A DNA stretch of 64,000 bases from Mobula hypostoma. Its lineage: Eukaryota. The notes under the pieces are model-generated. The model had not been told where the DNA came from, did not search any database, and was given only the letters and a program-made list of their open reading frames with translations. The DNA is taken from assembly GCF_963921235.1 (NCBI RefSeq), contig NC_086097.1, forward strand, positions 32,366,001 through 32,430,000. Direction: 5' to 3'. Shown piece by piece: positions 37,901 through 50,000 of this stretch; positions within the stretch are counted from its first letter, which is position 1, and the number at the start of each line of letters is the position of its first letter. The translations under genes and the position numbers were made by a program.

Positions 37901-40900
37901 TATACACAAACACGAGGAATTCTGCAGATGCTGGAAATTCAAGCAACACACATCAAAGTTGCTGATGAACGCAGCAGGCCAGGCAGCATCTCTAGGAAGA
38001 GGTACAATCGACGTTTCGGGCCAAGACCCTTCGTCAGGACTAACGGACGAAGGGTCTGTATAGTATACATACTTTGATGATAAATGTACTTTGAACCCTT
38101 CCCTCCCACATAGTGGTTGATTTTTCTTTCATCCATCTGCTTATTTAAGAATTTCTTAACTACCTCTAATGTACCTGCCTTTACCACAGCTGCTGGCAGT
38201 ATGTTCCATACTCTATGTAAAACAAAAAACTTACCTTCAACACCCCCCGTATACTTTCCTCTAATCACCTCAAAATTATGCTCCCTGGTACTAGCCATTT
38301 CCACCCTGGAGAAAAGCTCTGCACAAGACCTGAGACATCGAGGCGAATGCAGAAGGTCAGCGAGAGCTTCAGTGCCTTTTGATCACTGCTGGAGGAGTCT
38401 GAGAGCGGCCGATCGTTGTGTGGTTCACTGTGGCAGGGGGGTAGGCCGCTCTGCCTCGTGTGGTGTCCCTCTCTTTCCATGAATGCCTGTGATATCATAG
38501 GATGGTACCATAGTTCTGCGTTTATGGACTGTGGACTATTTCAGACTTAAGGTTTTTATATTCCGGGTTTTTTTTTAAAAAGTCACCATTCCTTTTCCAT
38601 TTTGCTTTGCGAGGGAAATGTGTCCAGGGTTGATTTTCTGTTAGAGTTCTGTTAGTTTTTTGTGCGGGGATGAGGCTTTTTTTTGGGGGGGGGGTCGATC
38701 TTCCTGTTCTTTTGTGTGTGGGGGGAGTAAGGAGTTATGGGGGGTTGATTATTGGGATGCCATTCTTTTCTGTACAGTTGGGGGGGGGTTCCTCTCTGAA
38801 TGAGTTTCATGTTCCTTCTTTGTTTCCTGGCTATCTGGAGAAGACAATTTTCAGAGTTGTCTTTGATACACGCTTTGATAATAGCTGTATCTTTGAAGAA
38901 AAACCCCTTTCTTCAGGTCTCATCATCCTTTGTTAATTATTTTAACTTTGATGCTTTTTCAAAAAAAAAAATGGCCACAGAAAGCTCACTTCTGATGCAC
39001 ATATTCTTCTGCTCCTGCTCCAAAGCATTCTGCACCCCCCTCCCCCCCACTCTTCCAGTAACAGGGTGAACTGAGTGCTGGGCAATTTCTATCACTGGTC
39101 ACAGGCACCCCTCATACTGACCCCACACCATCTCTTCACCCAGATCCAGTACGTGCAGATCATTCACAGTCAACAGCCCCTATACTGACCCCACACCATC
39201 TCTTCACCCAGATCCAGTACATGCAGGTCGTTCACACTCAGCCCCCATACTGACCCCACACTGTCTCCTCACTCAGATCCAGTACGTGCAGATCATTCAC
39301 ACTCAACAGCCCCCATACTGACCCCACACTGTCTCCTCACCCAGATCCAGTATGTGCAGGTTGTTCACACTCAACAGCCCCCATACTGACCCCACACTGT
39401 CTCCTCACCCAGATCCAGTACGTGCAGGTCGTTCAGGAACACGCAGCTCCGGTTTCCACCGAAAATGATCAGTTTATCTCTCAGGAGCGTGGCAGAGTGA
39501 CTGCGGGTGGAGAGATAGAGAGTCAGAGAGTTGTGGTGTTGAGGGGCTGACGGGCTAAAGCTACAGTGCCAAGACGGGAGGAGCAGAGGCCAGCTGTTTG
39601 ACAGGGGGTACTCAGTGAGGCTGTGGTGAATGCCCAGGCAGCTCACCTTCCTTCACCTCTTCTCTCTCCCTCTCCTGCTTGTGGATGATACAAATATAGG
39701 TGAAGGGGCAGGTGGTGTTGAGAAAGCAGGGAGTCTGCAGAAGGATAATAGGTGCAGGAGTAGGCCATTCAGCCCTACAAGCCAGCACCGCCATTCACTG
39801 TGATCATGGCTGATCATCCACAATCAGTACCCCGTTCCTGCCTTCTCCCCATATCCCTTCACTCCGCTATCATTAAGAGCTCTAACTCTTTCTTGAAAGC
39901 ATCCAGAGAATTGGCCTCCACTGCCTTCTGAGGCAGAGCATTCCACAGATGGACTTGGACAGATTAGGAGAATGAGTAAAGAAGATGCAGTACAGTGTAG
40001 GAAAGTGTATGGTCATGCACTTTGGTAGAAGGAATAAAAATGTAGACTAGTTTCTAAACAGGGAGTAAATTGAGAAATCAGAGGTGCAAAAGCACTTGGA
40101 AGCCCTAGTACAGGACTCCCTAAAGGTTAACTTGCAGTGGCAAGGAAGGCAAATGCAATGTTAGCATTCATTTCAAGAGGATTAGAATATAAAAACAAGG
40201 ATGTAATGCTGAGGCTTTATGAAGCATTGGTCAGAGTATTAGAGTATTGTGAACAATTCTGTTTGAAAGGATGTGCTGGCATTGCAGAGTCTAATCATCT
40301 TGAGAATGAAATGTGGTCTCCATCTCCATCAGTTTTCTGCTGTACATCAGTACATGTGACAATAATAAACCCATTGGCCAGCTGTCCTCCTCTGGTCAGT
40401 TCCAACAGCTCCATGAGCCACTTACCCACAGCGAGGAAGTGGCCTCTCCCCCACCACGATGGGCTGGTACCAGATCTCATGCTCAGGATTGAAGATGTAG
40501 AGGGTGTTGCTGTAGACCTGTCCCCCCTGGGGGGACCGGAAGAGGAGGCCACCAAAGATGAAGAGCTCCCGCTGGAAGACAACGGCACTGTGATAGGCCA
40601 GGGATGGCACCTTCCCCTTTCCCTGCAGCGGGGAGGCAGAGGGAGAGAAAGAGAAATGAGCTTTATGTACATCAAAACAGTAAAACTTGTTTGTGTCAGT
40701 GACCAGTGCAGTTTGAGGATGTGCTTAGGCAGCTCGCGAGTATCACCATGCCTCTGGCACTGACATAGCTTGCCTGTACTTATTAACTCTAACCGTATGT
40801 CTTTGGAAGAACCCATACAGTCACGAGGAGAACATTCAAACTCCTTACAGACAGCGGCAGGAATTGAACCTGGGCCGATGATTGCTGGAACTGTAAAGTG

Positions 40901-43900
40901 TAACTCTATACTACCAAGCCACCCTGACACTCCCATCCCCAAATCCATCAGGCTGGTGGGAGGGGTGAACAGGTCAGTCGAAAATTACGCAACCGAGATG
41001 GATGAGTCTTTAATTAATCACCCGCTCTTTAATCATTCAGTCACCATTCTATCAGACACTTCCTTTCATTCCATCCACCTCTCCCCATCCTTTACAATAT
41101 TATACACGTTCATACTACAGCACACTTCAGGCCCTTCAGCCCACAATGTTGTGCTGAACTTTTAACCTGCTCTAGGATCAGTTTAACCCTTGCCTCCCAC
41201 ATAGCCTATCTAAGCGTCTCTTAAATGCCCCTATTGTATCTGTCTGTACCAGCATCCCTGGCAGCACATTCTGAGCACTTACCACTCTCTGTGTAAATAA
41301 ACTTACATTCAGTTTCTAATGGACTGTGGGCTACAAAACCAGGCAGGTGGAGTTGAGACACAGAACAGGCATGCCACACTGAACAGGGAAACAGCCTCAT
41401 GAGGCAGTGGGCTCCAGTTCCTGGGCATGCAGAAAGGATCTGACTGGGAATGTCCCTCTCACCACCAGGCAATGTCTTGATGCCTGTCGGTGAGGTCTGG
41501 CAGAGAAGTATTTTGCAGATTTCCTGAGTTCGCTCAGGAAACCACCCCGCTGTGTCCATCGAGTCCATCTCCTGCAGTGTCTGCAGAATATCCTGTGTCG
41601 ACCACTCCCACCCAGATGGGTGTGGTAAAAGGTGTTAGTCCAGAAGAACTTTTCCATGGAGTGTGGCAACATCCAGCTGACTGGGACATTGCGAGTCAAA
41701 AGGGCCAGAACGCGCTTTGCAGCATGGGGGACAGACAGAACCCTAGCACATGCACATCGTGATACTTGGTGCGTGCATATTTAGGTTCCTCAGACAGCAT
41801 GATGTAGCTACACACGAAGGTGGTCATGATGAGGGCTACATTGGGCATTATTGCTCCCATTGTCCAGGGACTTGTACATTGTGACCTATCTGACTCGCTT
41901 GATCTTGGATCCACAGGTGAACCTGAAGACAGCTCGAGTAATTCCCAAGCTGGAGGTGTGGGGAATGAGGCACACCTGTGGCAAGAAGGCAGCCTTGAGG
42001 GCACCTCACACCTGACTGATCAATATCACTGGCATAGGTCATGAAATTTGTCGTTTTGCAGCAGCAGAATATTGCAATACACATCAATAAAAACTATAAA
42101 TTACAATAAGTAATATACAAAATTAAATTAAATCCCAGTTACCAATAAGGTGCATCCTCCACACAGTCTCAATTTCTGTTTTTACCTTCCCAGTCCACTC
42201 CAGCAAATTCTTGTTACATGCCTTGGCCTCTCCAAACCAGATCTCCAGCCCTGTCAGACAATCAAACCTGATGGTGAAGGGGACACTGGATTGGTTGGGC
42301 CAGTTGCCGAAGAGAATGGCCTCGCCGTTGCCAGGCTACAGGCCCCAGTGATAAGCAGCCTCCCACTCCAGGTCCCAAATTTCAACAGCTGTCCTTACTC
42401 ACAACCATGAAGGACCATTTCCAGGTCAAGGTGTCCAGGATGTAGACATTGTTGAAACATTTAGCATCATTCTTCCCTCCAAATATGTAAATACGGTTGG
42501 CATCAGGGTCATAGGTGGCTGAGTGCCCACACACACTTTGTGGGACGGGGATGGTTAGTGTTGAGGTTGTTTCCAGGGGAAACCAGAAGATGTCACCATT
42601 ATCTGCCCAGAAGGTCGAAAATTACGGGTCATTTACACTCATAAAATCCATGGAAAACAATAGCCCGATTTTCTTTGGAGTAAATTAAACAGTCGATGTT
42701 TCGGGCACTTCCCTTCATTTCCCCACCTCCTCCACCATATCTCTCCTCTGCATTCCTCCAATTCCAATGTGAATGGTTTATTAATGATATTCAAAGTGGT
42801 GCAGTGGTGAACAGGTTCTCTGGAACTGTGTGCCTCATTCATTTCTCAGAGGCTGGTATTGATGGAAAAGACCAGCATCTGGTCTTGGTGAATTAAGGTA
42901 TGGGGTGGAGGAGCAGCAAGGTTTTGAAGAGATAAGTTGATATTTTCTCAGGGATCTGTGAGGCAACCACCCAGGTGTTCAGTACACACACCTGAAAGCA
43001 GTGACAGCCTCGTGAAGGATGACAGGAAACTTCATTCAGATGGCAAATAAGGGGCCTTTCAGCCCTCTGCTCAGCTTAGTCCCACTTGCCAGTTCTTGGC
43101 CCACATGCTTGGAGATGTCACCAAGGCTGAAGGCTGCCCAGGTTGTAAATAGTCCTTTGGAACAAGGGAGACGGAGGGGAGATTCCACTAGGATATGGTC
43201 TGGGAGAAGTGTGCAGATGCAGTAGCTCACGCGAGGCTGCAGAGAAGGTTCCAGGATAAAAGGGAGACACTGCCTAGTGGAGCGGTCGATGGAGTAGTGC
43301 GAGGCAGAGTAGCTGACTAGCATCTCCTTAGAGCGAGGGGTTTGGATAGAGTGGAGTTTGTTAGGTATATTCAGGAAGGTTTCCTGACCCAATATGTAGA
43401 TAAGCCAACCAGAGAGGCTGTACTTGATGTGGTATTGGTAAGTGAACCTGGTCAGGTGTCAGGTCTCTCAGTGGGAGAGCATTTTGGAGGTAGTGATCAC
43501 AACTCTACCTCCTTTACTATAGCACCAGAGAGGGGTAGGAGCAGACAAGTTGGAAAAACATTTAATTGGGGTAGGGGGAAATATGATGCTATTAGGTAGG
43601 AACTTGGGAGCATAAATTGGGAGCAGATGTTCTCAGGGAAATACACGGCAGACATGTGGCAAATGTTCAGGAAATATTTGCATGGCATTCTGCATAGGTA
43701 TGTTCCATTGAGGCAGGGAAAGGATGGCAGGGTAAAAGAACCATGGTGTACAAAGGATGTAGAAAATCTAGTTAAGAAGAAAAGCTTAAGAAAGGTTTAA
43801 GAAACTGGGTACTGTTAGAGCTCTAGAAAATTACAAAGTTGCTAGGAAGGAGCTTAAGAATGAAATTGGGAGAGTCAGAAGGGGCCATGAAAACGCTTTG

Positions 43901-46900
43901 GCGAGCAGGATTAAGGAATACTCCAAGGCATTCTACAAGTATGTGAAGAGCAAGAGGATGAGCCGTGTGAGAATAAGGTGCAATAGTGGAAACGTGTGTA
44001 CCGAGTTGGAGGAGGTTGCGGAGATACTTAATAAATACTTTGCTTCAGTATTCACCAGGAAAAAGGACCTTGGTAATTGTGGGGATGACTTAGTGGTCTG
44101 AAACACTTGAGCATATAGACATTAAGAAAGAGGATGTGCTGGAGCTTTTGAAAAGCATTAAGTTAGATAAGTCACCGGGACCAGAAGAGGTATACCCCAG
44201 GCCACTGTGGGAAGCAAGGGAGGAGATTGCTGAGCCTCTGGTGATGATCTTTGCATCATCAATAGGGACGGGAGAAGCACTAGAGTGGAGGATTGCAAAT
44301 GTTGTTCCCTTGTTCAAAAAAGGGAGTAGAAATAACCCAGGAAATTATAGACCAGTGAGTTTTACTTCAGTGGTCGGCAAGTTGTTGGAGAAGATCCTGA
44401 GAGGCAGGATTTATGAGTATTTGGAGAGACATAATCTGATTTGGGATAGTCAGCATGGCATTGTCAAAGGCAGTTCGTGTCTTACGAACCTGATTGAATA
44501 CTTTGAAGATGTAACAAAACACATTGATGAAGGTAGAGCAGTGGATGTAGTGTATATGGATTTCAGTAAGGCATTTGATGAGGTTCCCCATGCTCATTCA
44601 GAAAGTAAGGAGGCATGGGATCCAAGGAGGATCCAAGGTGGATTAAGAATAGGCTTGCCACAGAAGGCAAAGAGTGGTTGTAGATGGTTCATATTCTGCC
44701 TGGAAGTCGGTGAGCAGTGGTGTTCTGCAGGGATCTGTTCTGGGACCCTCCTCTTTGTGATTTTAATAAATGATCTGAATGAAGGAGTAGAAGGGTGGGT
44801 TAGTAAATTTTCTGATGACACAAAGGTTGAGGATGTTGTGGATAGTCTGGAGGGGTGTCAGAGTTTACAGCAGGATATCGATAGGATGCAGAACTGGGCT
44901 GAGAAGTAGCACATGGAGTTCAACCCAGTCAAGTGTGAAGTGGTTCATTTTGGAAGGTCAAATTTGAAGGCAGGATACAATATTAATGGCAAGAGTCTTG
45001 GCAGTGTGAAGGATCTGAGAGATCTTGGAGTCCATGTCCATAGAGCACTCAAAAAGTTGCTGCACAGGTTGACAGTGTTGTTAAGAATGAGTATGGTGTG
45101 TTGGCCTTCATCAATTGTGGGATTGAGTTCAAGAGTTGTGCGGTAATGTCAGAGCTATACAAGACCTTGGTCAGATCCCACTTGGAGCACTGTGTTCAGT
45201 TCTGGTCACCTCACTACAGGAAGGATATGGATAGTACAGAAAGAGTGCAGATGAGATTTACACAGACGTTGCCTGGTTTGGGGAGCATGCTTTATGAAAA
45301 TAGGTTAAGTGAATGTGGCCTTTTCTTCTTGGAGTGACGGAGGATGAGAGGTGACTTGATAGAGGGCATATAAGATGATGAGAGGCATTGATCACGTGGA
45401 TAGCCAAAGACTTTTTCCCCAGGGCTGAAATGGCTCACACGAGGGGACATGGTTGTAAGATGCTTAGAAGTAAGTACAGAGTGGATGTCAGGGGTAGGTT
45501 TTTCCATACAGAGAGTGGTGGGTGCACTGGTGGTGGTTACGATAAGGCCTTTTCAGAGCTTAGAAAAATAGAGGGCTATGCGGCAGGGAAATTCTAGGTA
45601 GTTTCTAGAGTAGGTTACATGGTCAGCACAACATTGTGGGCCGAAGGGCCTGTAATGTGTTGTAGATGTCTATGTTCTATGTAAAACTGCGGCCCGGACA
45701 GGGTAGAGAGGACAGTGATGAGGGCTTCAGTTCTGTGCAAATCTGTGGAAGCTGTAGAAATGGTTTCTCTCAAAAAACAGCCAGGATTTTGAACTCAGGG
45801 AGGCAAAGACAGAAGCCAAGGCCACATTTAGAATGTACCAGGGATGCCCCTAACACAGGAAGGTGAAAAAGATGTTTAGCACATTAGCCTTCATCAGTCA
45901 GGGAACAAGTACAGGAGTTAGGATACCATGTTGCAGTTATCCAAGCTGTTGATGAGGCCACACAGAGTACTGTGTACAGTTTTAGTCACCCTGTTATAGG
46001 AATAAAAAGTGATTAAACTGGAGACTGGACAGGCTGAGTTATAGGGAGAGTTTGGCCAGGTTGGGTTTTTATTCCTTGGAACATAGAACAATGGGCGACC
46101 TTATAGAAATGTTTAGAATTATGAGAGGCGAGGTGAATGATAATGGTCATTTCTCCAGGACAGAGGAGTCCAAACCTAGGGGGACATAGATTTAGGAGGG
46201 AAAGACTTGAAGGGCACCAGGGGGACAATATTTTTATGCAGAGACTGGTGAGTCTATGGAATGAGCTTCCAGAGGAAGTCGTTGAGACAGGTACAATAGT
46301 ATCATTTATGGAGCACTTGGAGAGATATGGACAGAATGCAGGAAGTTGGGCTTAGCTGGGTGGGCACCATGGTTGGCATGGGCTGGGTGGGCTGATGGGC
46401 CTGTATCTGTGCTGTACTGCTCTATGATTCCATGACTTTGAAGAGCCATGACATACAGGACTTTGGGACTGTGAGCTGGGAGGTAGAATTAACCTGACCC
46501 ATTTTTGCCTGATGGGCTGAATATCTTCGACAGAATAACTTTCTCTGATTCTAATCTAACATTCTTTGCCAGGGTGACCACACCTACCAATCTCTAGTCT
46601 CCACAGGCCATCCTTACTGCAGCGATTCTGAGGTCCCTCTCCACCAATGAGAATGGCTGTGTTTGGGTCACTGAGGCACAAGGCGTGATCCCAGCGAGGG
46701 CTGGGGCAAGCTGCAGGCCACCGAGAGAGAGAGAGATGTTAGCACTCAGATCAGCAGGAGAGCAGTACCGTGGTGGGGTTGGGGAGGGGCTGCTGAGCAA
46801 GGATCAGTGAGATGGCCCTTCACTGTAAACCTCCTCTAAATAGTGCAACACAATTCCACTTATCTCTGTGGTGACAGAACCACAATGCTTGGAGTGAGGA

Positions 46901-46997
46901 GTGTGTCCTGCACGCCCCCACCATCCCTTCACACAGCTACACGCTCAACAAACCTCTAACATCATGAAACTTCACGGACACAAAACTAGTCAAAAAA

Positions 46998-47042
<45 letters not shown>

Positions 47043-50000
47043 TATATACACATATATATATATATACGCACACATACATAAACACACACACACACAACAC
47101 TACCTTGCTATTTTTGCTATGTTCAAAAATTGTTTGCAAGGTAGTGGCTAGCTGTTAAATATTGACCAGTTTTGTGTCCCTGCAAAGTTTCAGGGACATT
47201 TCAGACTCTTGGATAGGCACATGGATGATAGAAACATGGACGGCTATGTAGCGGGGGGGGGGGGAGGGTGATCTCAGAGTAGGTTAAAAGGTGGGCCAAA
47301 GGTGTTGTACTGTGCAGTACAGTACTGTTCTATGTTGCAGTAAACAGTTGTAAACAATCAACAGAAGTAAATTATTTTGCTGAGTTTTTCTGTGTTGCTG
47401 CAGGTTCCCAGCAGCTGCAGAATTTCCTGCGTTTATGCTGTGGTTACGCTACATTGGCACCGGAAGCATGGCGACATCTGTGGGCTGCCCACAGTACCAT
47501 CCTCAGCTGTGTTGGTCATTGCATTTCACTATATGTTTTGATGTACATGTGACAAATAAAGCTAACTATTTAAAATCTTTGAATAGAATCATATTTCAAC
47601 TGGGCCTCCCCTCAGTCACCCTGCACAACATCCACCCCAGGGCCTCTCGCTTTGCAGTTTCTAGCACTGAGGGCTGAGATAGTTATTAGGACCAGGGGCC
47701 AGTCGATTGCTTATTAACCACCCGCCTCCCACCACTGAGGGACATTGAAGGTTCACAAGCACGTTTACTCACTCTGTAGCCTCTTCACATCTGATTCACA
47801 CCCTGGAGTTAGAAAAACAAATATCAGTTACCAGTACTGGACATTCCTTCACCCCCCCATCACCTTTGCAAGGTCATATAATAATAAGTTGGAATACAGG
47901 AAGGAGAGAGAGAGCTTAGTGACATGATGTCATGACTACAACTTTTCCCTCATATGCAGCAAAACAGAAGAGCTGGTCATTGACTTCAGAAAGGGGAGGT
48001 GGGGCACATGCTTCTCTCTACGTCAACAGTGTTAAGGTTGAGTCGGTTCCCAGGTGTGGACATCAACAATAGCGTGTCCTGGTCCAACCAAGGAGACACC
48101 CATGGTCAAGAAAGCTGACCTGTGCCTCTCCTTCCTCAGGAGGCTAAACAAAAAGTTTGGCATATCCCTGCCAACCCTCACCAATTTTTACTCTGTCTAT
48201 AGAAAGCATTAAGTGTGTTGAATAACCACACTGTATGTTACCAGAGAAAAAGTGTTGTGGACACAGTTCAGCACATCACAGGAACTAACTTAAACAGATG
48301 CCTGCTGGTATTGGAAGTATTGTTTTGGGGGAAGCAGGTCCTAGATTCACACTTCACTGTGCAACGTCACAAGCATCAGAGTGTCAGCTGAAGGTGATTG
48401 GCTCTGTCCTTCAATTGAAAATGAGACATTTCTGTTCCCATCATTCAATCACATCAAGCTCCAAGGTTTTGCTGTCCCTCCAAACTCCCAATCTTTAGAT
48501 TTTCCTCTGCAGCTTTGCATTGGAACAAGAGTGATCTCACAGTAAGGGGTGTGAAAATGGACACATTGTTAACCCCACCTGTCTCCTCTTCTTCCTCCTC
48601 CTCCTCCTGATGGCGTATGCTGCTGTTAGAAGAACCCACAGCCCTCGTTGGAGTGCAGAAAGGCCCTGCAGGGCACCAAGCCTTCCCATTGGTCTTTGGT
48701 ACCTCCCGATCCAGGCTCTTGCCCTGCCTGGCAGTGGCCACACCAGCCTGTGAAAGGGAGAGTATTGTCAGCTCAGATCCAACCAATGAGATCTGATCAT
48801 CTTCAAAAGATGATGCCCCAAGAAGGCAGCATCCATCATAAAGGACACTCAACATCCATGACGTGCTCTCTTCTCATTACTATCATTAGAGAGGAGTTAC
48901 AGGAGCCTGAAGACCCAAACTTACTGTGCTAGGAACTGTTTCTTTCCTTCTGCCATCAGATTTCTGAATAGTCCAGGAACCCATGAATATAACCTACTTT
49001 GCTCTTTTTCCCACACACTAATACAAATCTTCCAAAGGTAGACTGCTTCATACTGACCAAAGTACCTATCTAATCCAGTCCCTTTTGCCCATATCCCTCT
49101 GAGCCAACATTTCCCAGCCTTTCCTGCCTCAGTCCCTTAAGTGCTGTTATTATACCTGCCTCAACCATTTCCTCTGACAGCTACTTAATATACTTATCAC
49201 CTTCTGCGTAAAAAAAAGCTGCTCAAGTTCCTAAGACATCTTTCAGTAAATTCCAATAATGCAGGAACCTCTCGCGTTTAGTGAAAGGGTGGTGGGTACA
49301 TGGAACGAGCTGCTAGAGGAAGTGGTAGAGGCTGGTTACTCCTCCCTCCCTTCTCTCTCTTTCCATTTTCCATTCTGGTTTCCCTGTCACCACATTTTTT
49401 TGCTCACCTGTCCATCATTTCCCTTTGGATCCCCTCCTCCTTCCATTTCTCCTATGGTCCATTGTCCTCTCCTAACAGATTCCTTCTACTTCAGCCCTTT
49501 ACCTCTTCCACTTATCATCTCCCAGCTTACTTCATCCTTCCTCTCCCCACCCACTTGGTCTCACCTATCACCTTCCAGCCTGTACTACTCCCCCTCCCCC
49601 CACTTTCTTATTCTAGCTTCTGCTCCCTTACTTTCCAGTCCTGATGAAGTCTCAGTCCAAACTGTAGGCTGTTTATTCCTCTCAATTGATACCATCTGCT
49701 CCGCCGAGTTCCTCCAGGATTTTGCATGCACTGAGTTTGTTTCTGTGCTGCTTTTCCTTTTGACTAGAAATAGAGCACAGCAGCACAGAAACAGGCCCTT
49801 CAGCCCATCTAGTCCATGCCAAACCGTTGCCTGGTCCCATTGACAGGCACCTGGACCATAGCTATCCTATCCATGTACTTATCCAAACTTCTCTTAAATG
49901 TTGAATAACACACAAAATGTCCTGAAAAAGGGTCACAGCCCAAAATGTTAACTTTTTATTCCTCTCCATAGATGCTGCTTGACCTGCTGAATTCCACCAG

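Noticed and set aside
39113..39435. CRISPR-like regular repeats
   Set aside because: Vertebrate DNA; the units are contiguous tandem copies without unique spacers and there are no cas genes.
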